From a virus (Duplodnaviria; Caudoviricetes): a stretch of DNA of 59,387 nucleotides. Shown here piece after piece: positions 51,415 through 59,387 of this stretch. Within the stretch, counting starts at the first letter, position 1. Every line of letters begins with the position of its first letter. The notes beneath the pieces are model-generated. The model did not search any database. It was not told the origin of the DNA and saw only the letters and a list, made by a program, of their open reading frames with translations. The position numbers and the translations under genes are program-made. The DNA lies in IMG/VR virus record IMGVR_UViG_3300027969_000005, positions 1 through 59,387 of that record. One strand, given 5' to 3'.

Positions 51415-52176
51415 CTATGCAGCCGTGTTGGCAATCAGCACGCCCTCAACGGCAATGCCGACAGCGGCAGTTCCGGTCGGCGTGTTGGCTTGCCACTGGA
51501 TATCAGTTTTTTGGGCATACCCACGGGGAGATACGCGCATGCTGGAATATGTGTTGGCAAATGGGGCTTGAAGCAAAATCTGCTGCAGACCAGTTTGCGA
51601 CAATGTCAGCACCCGATAGGTGCAATAGGCGGACGAGGTATTGCCTACTTGGTTGGAGTAGGCGTTTGATCGCGTAAGATAGAAGGTGTACCCGTTTGGC
51701 ACGGTATAGACCATCATTTGGCTCTTGCCGCTGCCAACCAGCATCTCGGCATATTGAATTGTTTTGCCAGCGTTACCCAAATTAATGATGCCAATGGCAT
51801 TAACCGATCCAGCAGCCTGTATGCTATTAATCCGTAGATAGCTATTGACGGTTGTCACGCCCGTCGTGCCGTTTGTCAGGATCAGCGTCTCTGAGATTTG
51901 ATTGTAAGATGCATCAAGACCATTGATCAGCACCGATACGTTGGTGTCAGACGCCGACGATGACCAAAGCAGCATAGTCGTGGCCGAGACAGGGTAGGTA
52001 TATGCCGTGGTGTTTTCCCATACGGGGATAAAGGTCGTGCCCACAGATGGCTGATAGCCATAGATGTTGACCACTGATGCGCCGGGCACAAGGCCGCGAG
52101 CCACTTGCATATACCATGGGGCCGAAAGGGTGCTTTCCGTCGAGCCAGCAACAAGGGGAAACTGGGTAATGCTCAT
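51415..52176 (-). CDS. Virion structural protein
   Basis: QVARGL.PG..., ET..L.NG...VTT, YTVP.G.T.Y pattern. Confidence 0.7.
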   Translation of the reverse strand: MSITQFPLVAGSTESTLSAPWYMQVARGLVPGASVVNIYGYQPSVGTTFIPVWENTTAYTYPVSATTMLLWSSSASDTNVSVLINGLDASYNQISETLILTNGTTGVTTVNSYLRINSIQAAGSVNAIGIINLGNAGKTIQYAEMLVGSGKSQMMVYTVPNGYTFYLTRSNAYSNQVGNTSSAYCTYRVLTLSQTGLQQILLQAPFANTYSSMRVSPRGYAQKTDIQWQANTPTGTAAVGIAVEGVLIANTAA

Positions 52177-52589
52177 GTGGATGCGCCCCCTGCAATCATG
52201 ATCGTTACCGCCGTAGTCGAGGCCGACACCTGTATCGTGCCATTGGCAGATAGGATAAGCACAGCCTCCCAAAGCACAGTCGTGTTGGGCGGAACCGATA
52301 CGTTATAAAACACTGCATTGGCCGCGCTGGCCGTTCCCCCGTAGGGAACCAGATAGACCGAAACGGTGGCCGTGGATGACGACGTGTTGCAGATATTAAT
52401 GGTGTTGATGTGGGTCGGGCTAAAGGCCTGCGCCGTATAGACCGTCGATACAGACGTTGTGGCCGCGCCAGACGCCAAGAGTGTCGTCGGAAGGTTCTTG
52501 TACAGGCTCAGAAGGTTGGTTGCCGTGTTGCCGATGGCCACGACGTTATTCTTGATCGCTGTTAGGATGTCATCGATTGAGGCGGCCAT
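52173..52589 (-). CDS. Small beta-sandwich virion protein
   Basis: T.YT...I..I.ICN...A...N......VPPN.T...L..NGTIQ pattern. Confidence 0.7.
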   Translation of the reverse strand: MAASIDDILTAIKNNVVAIGNTATNLLSLYKNLPTTLLASGAATTSVSTVYTAQAFSPTHINTINICNTSSSTATVSVYLVPYGGTASAANAVFYNVSVPPNTTVLWEAVLILSANGTIQVSASTTAVTIMIAGGAST

Positions 52590-54889
52590 TAGTACTTCCC
52601 ATCCGGCTGGAACCGATAGCGCATATTACCGATGCGCCAAAAGCTGCCAATATCGTTGCTGCTCATTTCAATCGACACAAGACGGCCACGGAACCGGGGC
52701 GACACAAACGTCGTTCCCTGCGTTAGCGCAAATGGGCCATAGGCCGTAGGTGTCTCGCCGGGATAGTCAGCGACATAGAAGGTCAGGTTGACTGTCGCAT
52801 TTTGAGCACCGTTGTAATAACCCCACTTCATGTCTGGCCAGACCTGATCGATGAAGGTCTTTACGTCACCATCGCTAAGCGTGAAGTAGCCAGTTCTGAA
52901 GTTGGACGCCATAGGCAGATTGTCGGCATCTGTCGATGTCTCATGCTGATAGATATAGCCCAGATTGGGGTCGGCACCGATCGGTGGGCCAAGCACAGAC
53001 TGATCAATCCAAGCCGTTCTGGCCAGTGTCCCAAAGTCCCAAACCTGAAGGTTCACGTTAAATTTGGCATAGGCGCTGACTTCGCCGCCACTGGTCGTGG
53101 TGGGATAATACCAAGTGATTTCGCCAAAGCGGGAGTTGACCGCGCAACGGATTTTTGAGGTTTGGGTTGTATCAATGTCTTGGAAGATGACGTCCCAGAT
53201 CGGGCAGGGCACGGGCATCACGCCGCCCCCCGAAAGAGAATAGAACGACGAAGGCCCCATCCAATAGACGGACCCGTTGATGGTTCCGGCAGCCTTACGG
53301 CCAATAAGGCCGCAGCCGGTGCCAATTTCGTTGAAGGAATAGACGTAAGGCTGGCCGGTATATTGCATTGCCCAGACGCCAATGTCTGTCCAGATCAGGC
53401 CCTGCTGTGGCCCTTGCAGGGCACCAACAATTCGCGACCCCTTAGGTATGCGATATGAGCCAGCTTGGTTTGTCACATTGCCGATCCAAGTGTTGTAATT
53501 GTTGACGTCACACCAGCGGATCAAAAGCGGGTCTTGAATGCCCGTGAAGGTCGATCCAAACGCGATGATCTGGCGCTGAGGCATGGCCACGAATATGCCA
53601 TCGTTCATTGTCGGCGCATTGGGGATAACTGTCGCAATGGCCGCGCCGGTAGAAGGGTCCCACTGGTAAATAGGCTGGAAGGCAGCGTTATTGACCGTTG
53701 ATCCGGTGCATGTTGCCGTTTGTGAAATGCTTACGGTATAGGTTCCTGCGCCGCCCGTGGTGCCGGTAACCTGTGCCAAAATTACCGTGCCCCCCGTAGC
53801 CGTGCCGCCAGTTAGGATTTGGCCCGCTCGAATGGTTCCGGTGACGCCGGATGCCGTAAGGGTCGTGGTGCTGATGGACCCGGTAAATGTCGCAGTCTGA
53901 ACGACATCGCCATAAACGGGGCACGACAGCAGAATCTGGCCCCAGTTGTCGAGCGTCCAGTCGGTTGCCGGAATTGCAGTTCCCAGTGATGGGTCACTTG
54001 CCCCGGTGCCATATCCGCCATAGCCGTAGGCATTAATGCCATACCCACTGCCGACCTGAATCGCGCCAATCCCGAAGCTATATTGATATCTGGCCAGTCC
54101 GCCATTGATGGTCGCCGTAGTGGTTGCCGTGGCAATTACGTCGCCATTGATTGTAAATGTATTGGCACTTGGCACCGTTTGGATAACGTAATTGCCGCGA
54201 AGGGTGATCCCACCCACGATTGTGGTGACCAAAATTGGAAAGGTATCACCGACCGAAAAACCGTGGTTAGGCAGCGTTACCGTAACCGCATTAAAGGCAG
54301 CGGTTGTTGCGAAGCTTGCCAGCACCGGACTGACAGATGTGCTGCTGGCGAGCTTTGGGTTGCCATAAATGTCAACCGAAGCAATCTGAAAGATCGTGGC
54401 GCTGTAGAGGATATTCGTCGTTGGGTAGACGCCAAAAAGGATCAGTCCGCCGATGCTGATGTGCGTTTCGATAAAAATAGAATTGTACTGGGTGATTAGC
54501 GTGGTCACATTGTCCGTGATGCTCACGACGTTAGTTCCGGCAGTCGTGGCCAGAACAGGTGTGACGTTATCCACAGACGACTGCGGCGTGATTATCTTTT
54601 GAACACCATCCGTAATGACGCCCAATTGCGCCGAAAATCCGGAGTTTTGTGTTCCGTAGGCCAAATGATTGATGAAATTCTGGTCGGCCCAAGCCCACAA
54701 GGCCCGAACGATAATCGTGATCTGGTTGGAGTAATATTTTGTCCAGCCGCCAAGCTTTTGGATAAGGCCCAAGCCATTGCGATCGTAGATGAAGCGAACA
54801 AGCTGAGAGGTAGAGATGCCAGCCTCGTTAAGGGCTGGCGTCTCATTCTCATCTAGGCCCGGCTTAAGCTTAACGGATTGATGAGGCAT
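52589..54889 (-). CDS. Tail nozzle/DNA stabilisation protein (P22 gp10-like)
   Basis: K.GGW, W.LDNWG, DPLLIRW.D, LIWTD, F.EI.WYYP, RTAW.D and R.RGR...W..G..R....PDG motifs. Confidence 0.8.
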   Translation of the reverse strand: MPHQSVKLKPGLDENETPALNEAGISTSQLVRFIYDRNGLGLIQKLGGWTKYYSNQITIIVRALWAWADQNFINHLAYGTQNSGFSAQLGVITDGVQKIITPQSSVDNVTPVLATTAGTNVVSITDNVTTLITQYNSIFIETHISIGGLILFGVYPTTNILYSATIFQIASVDIYGNPKLASSTSVSPVLASFATTAAFNAVTVTLPNHGFSVGDTFPILVTTIVGGITLRGNYVIQTVPSANTFTINGDVIATATTTATINGGLARYQYSFGIGAIQVGSGYGINAYGYGGYGTGASDPSLGTAIPATDWTLDNWGQILLSCPVYGDVVQTATFTGSISTTTLTASGVTGTIRAGQILTGGTATGGTVILAQVTGTTGGAGTYTVSISQTATCTGSTVNNAAFQPIYQWDPSTGAAIATVIPNAPTMNDGIFVAMPQRQIIAFGSTFTGIQDPLLIRWCDVNNYNTWIGNVTNQAGSYRIPKGSRIVGALQGPQQGLIWTDIGVWAMQYTGQPYVYSFNEIGTGCGLIGRKAAGTINGSVYWMGPSSFYSLSGGGVMPVPCPIWDVIFQDIDTTQTSKIRCAVNSRFGEITWYYPTTTSGGEVSAYAKFNVNLQVWDFGTLARTAWIDQSVLGPPIGADPNLGYIYQHETSTDADNLPMASNFRTGYFTLSDGDVKTFIDQVWPDMKWGYYNGAQNATVNLTFYVADYPGETPTAYGPFALTQGTTFVSPRFRGRLVSIEMSSNDIGSFWRIGNMRYRFQPDGKY

Positions 54890-54895
54890 GCGCCG

Positions 54896-55666
54896 TTACC
54901 TCGTCGATGTCGCTGCATCAGGAATAGACATAGACGACCAAGCAGAGACGCCAAATTTCTTGCGCTGCTCGACCACATTGGTGTCTTTCATGATGGTCAT
55001 GTATTGAGCCTCGTAGCTCTGCGCCATCGCCGGGTCATCACTCATGCGGCCAAAGTTGCGCTGGTAGGCGCTGATATAGATCATACTGGCCATGATCAGC
55101 ATGTCCGGAAGGTTTGTGCTAATATAGGTCGTGCCGGTGCTGGCGAGGGCCGTAGTGGCGTTTTGATAAAGTGTTGGCAGATTGACTGTGCCCGTAACAG
55201 TAACGCTGTAGGCCGTGTCTGGGGCTGGCCCCATCATAATGATGTTTGACGTGTTTCCGCCGGTTGCATAATCGCCGCCGTACATGGCAAAATATTTTGG
55301 CATGCCGGTGTTCAGGGAGCCATTGTAGACGTTCTGCAAAAACTCTTTGGTCGTGGGCAGAAGCGGATATACCGATCCGCTAGCGTTTACGGCAAGCGTT
55401 TGCAGGGTCTCAAAATCGTTAGAAGAGATTGAAAACATATTGGTGTTGGGCGTCAGGGTATAGTCCTTGCTGGTCACCGCAGGCAGCAAGTCGATATCAC
55501 GCATGATCCGCTGCTCAGCATAGTTGAGCATCTGGGGGATGATGGCATTAAATGCAGCGTCCACGCCCTGAACCACACCAGACACAGTCGTCGTATTGAC
55601 GACAGCCATGGTGGCAATCTGCGTGACGTAGCCGTTATATGTTAGAGGCGTCAAACCGGAGGCCAT
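54896..55666 (-). CDS. Head-tail adaptor protein
   Basis: AE.RI.R, G.PKY.A, GP.PD..Y and PD.L..A motifs. Confidence 0.75.
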   Translation of the reverse strand: MASGLTPLTYNGYVTQIATMAVVNTTTVSGVVQGVDAAFNAIIPQMLNYAEQRIMRDIDLLPAVTSKDYTLTPNTNMFSISSNDFETLQTLAVNASGSVYPLLPTTKEFLQNVYNGSLNTGMPKYFAMYGGDYATGGNTSNIIMMGPAPDTAYSVTVTGTVNLPTLYQNATTALASTGTTYISTNLPDMLIMASMIYISAYQRNFGRMSDDPAMAQSYEAQYMTIMKDTNVVEQRKKFGVSAWSSMSIPDAATSTR

Positions 55667-55737
55667 CGGGGTTCTCCTATTTCCTTGAGGACGCCTTTCG
55701 CAAAGCTACCAAAAAACGTGCTTAAATTCTAGGGCCG

Positions 55738-55971
55738 CTATCTGTCGGCCTTCCCATCTAGCTTATCATAGATTTTGTCGAGCAAGTCATGAACCCGTGT
55801 GATGTCCTGACGATAGTCGTCCTTCTGGACGTAATGTGATGGCAGATCGCGCTCAAGCTTGGATATGTCCTCACGCAGGGCCTTAACTGCCGCCCAAAGC
55901 TCTCTGAGAGCCCACCCAAGAATACCGGATACGGCCACAACGCCATATTGCATGAACTGGTCAAACGTCAT
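55738..55971 (-). CDS. Small membrane/coiled-coil protein
   Basis: N-terminal transmembrane helix, LP..YV.KDDY..D...KLD.KAD. Confidence 0.7.
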   Translation of the reverse strand: MTFDQFMQYGVVAVSGILGWALRELWAAVKALREDISKLERDLPSHYVQKDDYRQDITRVHDLLDKIYDKLDGKADR

Positions 55972-55973
55972 GA

Positions 55974-56615
55974 TCAGATCCCCACGGGAATTGTGGTGTA
56001 ACCATATGGCAGGCCCACCAAGGCTGTTTTGATGATGGTTGTGGGCGTCAGAAGCGCACCGGCGGCGACGGCAGCGCCGGTGAGATAGGTAAACGCCATG
56101 GCTGAGGTCACGACAACGCTATAGAAGCCCGCAGCGGCAGAATTGGTCAGCCCCTCGACGGCCACCTGATCATTGGTAGACAGGCCGTGGGCCACCCGGC
56201 ACGTCACGGCTATTGTGGTGGTACCGTTGGCCGTTACGGAGAGCAAGGACAGTGGGCGGCCATAGGTGATGCCATTGGTTAGCGGCATGACGGCATTGGG
56301 GTCTAGGCCCACAGGAGCGCCATATGGCTGCCCTGTGGCTGACCCGGCCTCATCGGTGATGAAACTCTCGACACGGGCATTGATGATCGGCGTAGGGTCT
56401 GCGGGCAGCACGATGGCGCGAAGCTGCTCTTGCGGCGTATCGGTGCAGCTATCGCAAACCAGAACACGGACATTTGCTAGCTGAGCGCCGCGCCAGTCAT
56501 ACTGCCATTTCAGATCAACGTGATTGTAGCGAAAGCCGCATCGATCGCAGATCGCATGCGCTCGAGGTGAGCTTGCGCTTGTTCTGGCCCGCCCGGCTTG
56601 AGATCCATACGCCAT
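55974..56615 (-). CDS. Virion protein with an N-terminal Zn ribbon
   Basis: AICDRCGF.Y....L...W...VC..C.D.PQ; C-terminal HGL...D.V module. Confidence 0.75.
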   Translation of the reverse strand: MAYGSQAGRARTSASSPRAHAICDRCGFRYNHVDLKWQYDWRGAQLANVRVLVCDSCTDTPQEQLRAIVLPADPTPIINARVESFITDEAGSATGQPYGAPVGLDPNAVMPLTNGITYGRPLSLLSVTANGTTTIAVTCRVAHGLSTNDQVAVEGLTNSAAAGFYSVVVTSAMAFTYLTGAAVAAGALLTPTTIIKTALVGLPYGYTTIPVGI

Positions 56616-56618
56616 GAT

Positions 56619-57308
56619 CTAAGCCCTAAAATAGCCAGAGATCATTGGGACGATGTACTGTTGGGCGGTTTCAATGTTCTGAGATGCGGCAATGCCGTAG
56701 GCCTCGTCGGCCAAGGGTTTGAGTAAGGCCACTTTATCGGGAGCCCAGATCAGGGCCAGACGTTCGGCAAGGCCAAAGGCAAAAGCCTCAAGAAAATAAT
56801 AGGGAAGTTCTGCCTGCTGAGCGTTGGTGAACTCTGCGTCCTGAATCTGGCGAACCCGGTAATAGTTGAGCGAGGTCTGAGTGCCATCAGGCACCGGCCA
56901 GAGGGTGACGGTTGGCGACAGAAGGCGGTCAAACCAAAAAACGGTCGGGAAGCCAGACTGTGTCGGATTGGGATATGACGCATATTCGGTGCGACTGATC
57001 GGCATGATCAGGCGGTTTGTCGGGGTCGCTCCGCTTGTCGTGTTGATGTAGGCATCAAGCATCACGATCGTGCTTGAGGGCACTGAGTAGGTGGACTGCC
57101 CGGCCACAAGTGGAACGGTCTGTAGATCGACTGTCCACAGGTTGACGCCCATAGACGACCACCGGCCAAGCAGCATGTTAGACGCCATGCGGGCGCTTTC
57201 CATGTGCTCTTGCAGAAGGGCCGTGTTTCGAATGCCGCAGAGATTGAACGCATATAGCGTTATCTCACCGATAGACGGGTTGAAGCTATAGGTGCCGGAT
57301 GTAGTCAT
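56619..57308 (-). CDS. Head-tail adaptor protein (second)
   Basis: MTTSGT..F, W...G.NLWT, ISR.EY...PN....G.P, LWPVPD and P..F.EA...GLA motifs. Confidence 0.75.
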   Translation of the reverse strand: MTTSGTYSFNPSIGEITLYAFNLCGIRNTALLQEHMESARMASNMLLGRWSSMGVNLWTVDLQTVPLVAGQSTYSVPSSTIVMLDAYINTTSGATPTNRLIMPISRTEYASYPNPTQSGFPTVFWFDRLLSPTVTLWPVPDGTQTSLNYYRVRQIQDAEFTNAQQAELPYYFLEAFAFGLAERLALIWAPDKVALLKPLADEAYGIAASQNIETAQQYIVPMISGYFRA

Positions 57309-57337
57309 TTTGCATCGGTCCTCTCTGTAGCGTCACC

Positions 57338-58048
57338 TTACTTCAGGGCGAGGAATTTTGAAACCGTTAGTGCGTTAATTAGCTGCTGCCCCATCGTGCC
57401 ATCGACGTTGTATTGCGCGGCTATGGCCCGCCACACCGCAGCGGCGAGGCTTTCGGGGGACAAGACGGACTGGCCGGTGATATTGGCCGCCAGATCGCCC
57501 GTGGCGTATGGCACCAAGGACAGTGAGCCTGCGCCCGATAGTGATGCCTGAACCGATGCAAAGGCCGTGAGGGTGGCTGCGACTGCGCCAGAACCCGTTA
57601 GATTATTGCTGATCAGTTCTAGCTTGCCGACCAGCGACGGTGGCGGTGTGACGTTGCCCGCGCCTGTGAGCGAGGCGATAAGCTGGGCGATTAGGGTCAG
57701 GTTGCCGTTGGTGATATCGCCCGCGCCAGTCAGGCTGGCGTCAGATGGCAGACCGCCCGCTAGGTTTCCGCTTGATACCCCGTTGCCGTAGATTTGGTTG
57801 CTTGACCCGATCTGGCCCGCCTTCTGCGGGATGAACCAAGACAGGGTTGGGTAGCTTCCGTTTGGCAGCGCATACAACGTCAGCGCCGTGGTCGTCATAT
57901 CCTGCATCATGCGGTTACGCCGACGACCGGACTGGACGAAATTACTCTGATTACCGCCGTGGATTGTGCCGGTTTGACCCGGCAAATAAGCACCAGTGTA
58001 TTTTAGCGGTAGCTTATTGTAATTGGAGTAATTCCCAACCAGAGCCAT
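57338..58048 (-). CDS. Virion/tail protein
   Basis: Repeated L.G.G.. beta motifs; LSP..LA.AVW. Confidence 0.7.
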   Translation of the reverse strand: MALVGNYSNYNKLPLKYTGAYLPGQTGTIHGGNQSNFVQSGRRRNRMMQDMTTTALTLYALPNGSYPTLSWFIPQKAGQIGSSNQIYGNGVSSGNLAGGLPSDASLTGAGDITNGNLTLIAQLIASLTGAGNVTPPPSLVGKLELISNNLTGSGAVAATLTAFASVQASLSGAGSLSLVPYATGDLAANITGQSVLSPESLAAAVWRAIAAQYNVDGTMGQQLINALTVSKFLALK

Positions 58049-58049
58049 T

Positions 58050-59171
58050 TTAGCCCCACGCTACGTCGATAGAGCCATAGAACGCTGAGTTGACCGGAGT
58101 TGCTGCGCCTGCGTACATCAGCCATTGCAGATTGGCACCGTCATAAATACGGGGCATTGACGGAAGCTGATTGACCAAATCGCGCTCGGATGCCACGCCA
58201 ACCGTGGTAATCGGAAGCGTAAAGATTGGCTTGGCGAGAACCACGACCAGCGAGCCAGAAGTCATTGTGGCCGAAAGGTTGATGGTTTGAATAGACTGGA
58301 TGCCTGTGTCGCCTGCCGCCAATGGCATGAACGGACCATACTTGCCCGCACCCGTTCCGGTATGGACAAGCGCCCCTACAGGTGACGCTGTGTTGGCAAT
58401 CGGTAGTGAGGGGCTGGCAGGCGTCAAACGGCCCGACACGCCCGCCGCGTTAGTGTAACCTAGCTGGATGGTTGGCGTACCAGCGCCCATGACGACCGAA
58501 GGCACGATAAACGCCTGAACCCCCGCGCCTGTGGCATAGCGGGGCAGGGTTTGAGTTCCCGTGAATGATTGTGCGCCCGTCGTGGTAACTGACGACACGG
58601 TAAACATCGCAATCATATCAACCAGCATGAGTGTCGCCGGGGCCGTAGTTGCCGCCGCTGAGAACGCCGAGACGTTCAAGATATTCTTGATTGATGGCGA
58701 GACGGCACCGCCCGTGTACAGTCCGTTGGTCGTTGCCGTGCCTGTGATAGTCTGCGATGTGACGGTCTGAGAGATGCTGACGTTGTAGGTACCACCCGCG
58801 TTGGCACCTGTACCCGTACCAAGTGAAGTGATGTAGGTACCCGCCGTAACACCCGTGCCAGATAGCAGCATACCGACAGTAAAGCGGTTTGTGCCGTGGG
58901 TGGTGTCGGTAAACACCGTGCCTGAGATTGAGCCGCCTAGCGCAGCCGTCGTGGCACCGATAGACGTCGAGTCCGACAGGGACTGAAACGCTAGGTTTGC
59001 CGTCGATCCATGCGTCGAGTTCTGAAACGGATTGCCCGCGCCTGTGCTTAGGTCGTACCACTGGCCAGCGACCTGTGCCGTGACGGGAAGGGCGTTCTTG
59101 TTCCAGTCAGTGCGGTTAAACTGCGAGGCAGTAATCGCGCTGATGATTTGATCCATCGACTGAAGAGCCAT
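58050..59171 (-). CDS. Virion/tail protein; paralog of the junction-spanning gene
   Basis: 373 aa; shares motifs with the 790-start gene plus an inserted GT-rich module. Confidence 0.8.
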   Translation of the reverse strand: MALQSMDQIISAITASQFNRTDWNKNALPVTAQVAGQWYDLSTGAGNPFQNSTHGSTANLAFQSLSDSTSIGATTAALGGSISGTVFTDTTHGTNRFTVGMLLSGTGVTAGTYITSLGTGTGANAGGTYNVSISQTVTSQTITGTATTNGLYTGGAVSPSIKNILNVSAFSAAATTAPATLMLVDMIAMFTVSSVTTTGAQSFTGTQTLPRYATGAGVQAFIVPSVVMGAGTPTIQLGYTNAAGVSGRLTPASPSLPIANTASPVGALVHTGTGAGKYGPFMPLAAGDTGIQSIQTINLSATMTSGSLVVVLAKPIFTLPITTVGVASERDLVNQLPSMPRIYDGANLQWLMYAGAATPVNSAFYGSIDVAWG

Positions 59172-59174
59172 GAG

Positions 59175-59387
59175 TTATCCCCAAACCGTTTGAATTGTGC
59201 CAATGAAGTTCGACTGGTTTAACTGGTTGAAACCGGGGTTCATTAGCATCGAAAGATAGGCGTCATCTTCGATGACAGGAAGATCAAAGAAATCCGTCAC
59301 AGGTGTGCGCTCGCCAGTAGTGCCGTTTTCCCGCAAGATGATCTGCTCAAGCGGCTTGACCAGAATGAATGCCAACAGACCGATATC
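59175..59387 (-). CDS. 3' part of the junction-spanning virion protein that starts at 790
   Basis: Position 115 corresponds to 59375; the frame is continuous with the ORF from 790. Confidence 0.85.
   Translation of the reverse strand, partial: DIGLLAFILVKPLEQIILRENGTTGERTPVTDFFDLPVIEDDAYLSMLMNPGFNQLNQSNFIGTIQTVWG
59261..59387. repeat. 127-bp exact direct terminal repeat (copy 2)
   Basis: Identical to 1-127. Confidence 0.97.

Noticed and set aside
59261-59387. 127-bp terminal repeat as a biological direct terminal repeat
   Set aside because: It falls mid-gene and its length equals a common assembler k-mer, so it is best read as a circular overlap.
1-59387. tRNA/rRNA genes or stop-codon reassignment
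   Set aside because: No tRNA-like structure was noticed by eye (tRNAscan not run), and core genes are full length under the standard code with all three stop codons in use.

Overview
The window appears to be one complete, circularly assembled tailed dsDNA phage genome of 59,260 bp: bases 1-127 are repeated exactly at 59261-59387, and one gene reads across that junction. The architecture is podovirus-like. It has a P22-type portal, adaptors and nozzle, ejection proteins, a Mu gpT-like HK97-fold capsid and no tape measure or sheath. Most genes are on the minus strand: TerS, TerL, portal, internal proteins, GroES-like, scaffold and capsid, plus a tail/ejection module, four tandem beta-propeller fibre paralogs and a lysis cassette. 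An early/replication region (about 19-34.8 kb) encodes a primase-helicase, RuvC, a PD-(D/E)XK nuclease, an SSB-like protein, an iteron origin and shared promoter/operator cassettes. Phage copies of GapR and GcrA and a CtrA/OmpR-type winged helix point to an alphaproteobacterial host, probably Caulobacterales. The standout feature is the 338-aa intein in the large terminase. It has no in-frame endonuclease, but a complete zinc-finger HNH endonuclease gene with its own ribosome-binding site is overprinted in the +1 frame inside it. All product calls come from motif recognition by eye; no database searches were run.
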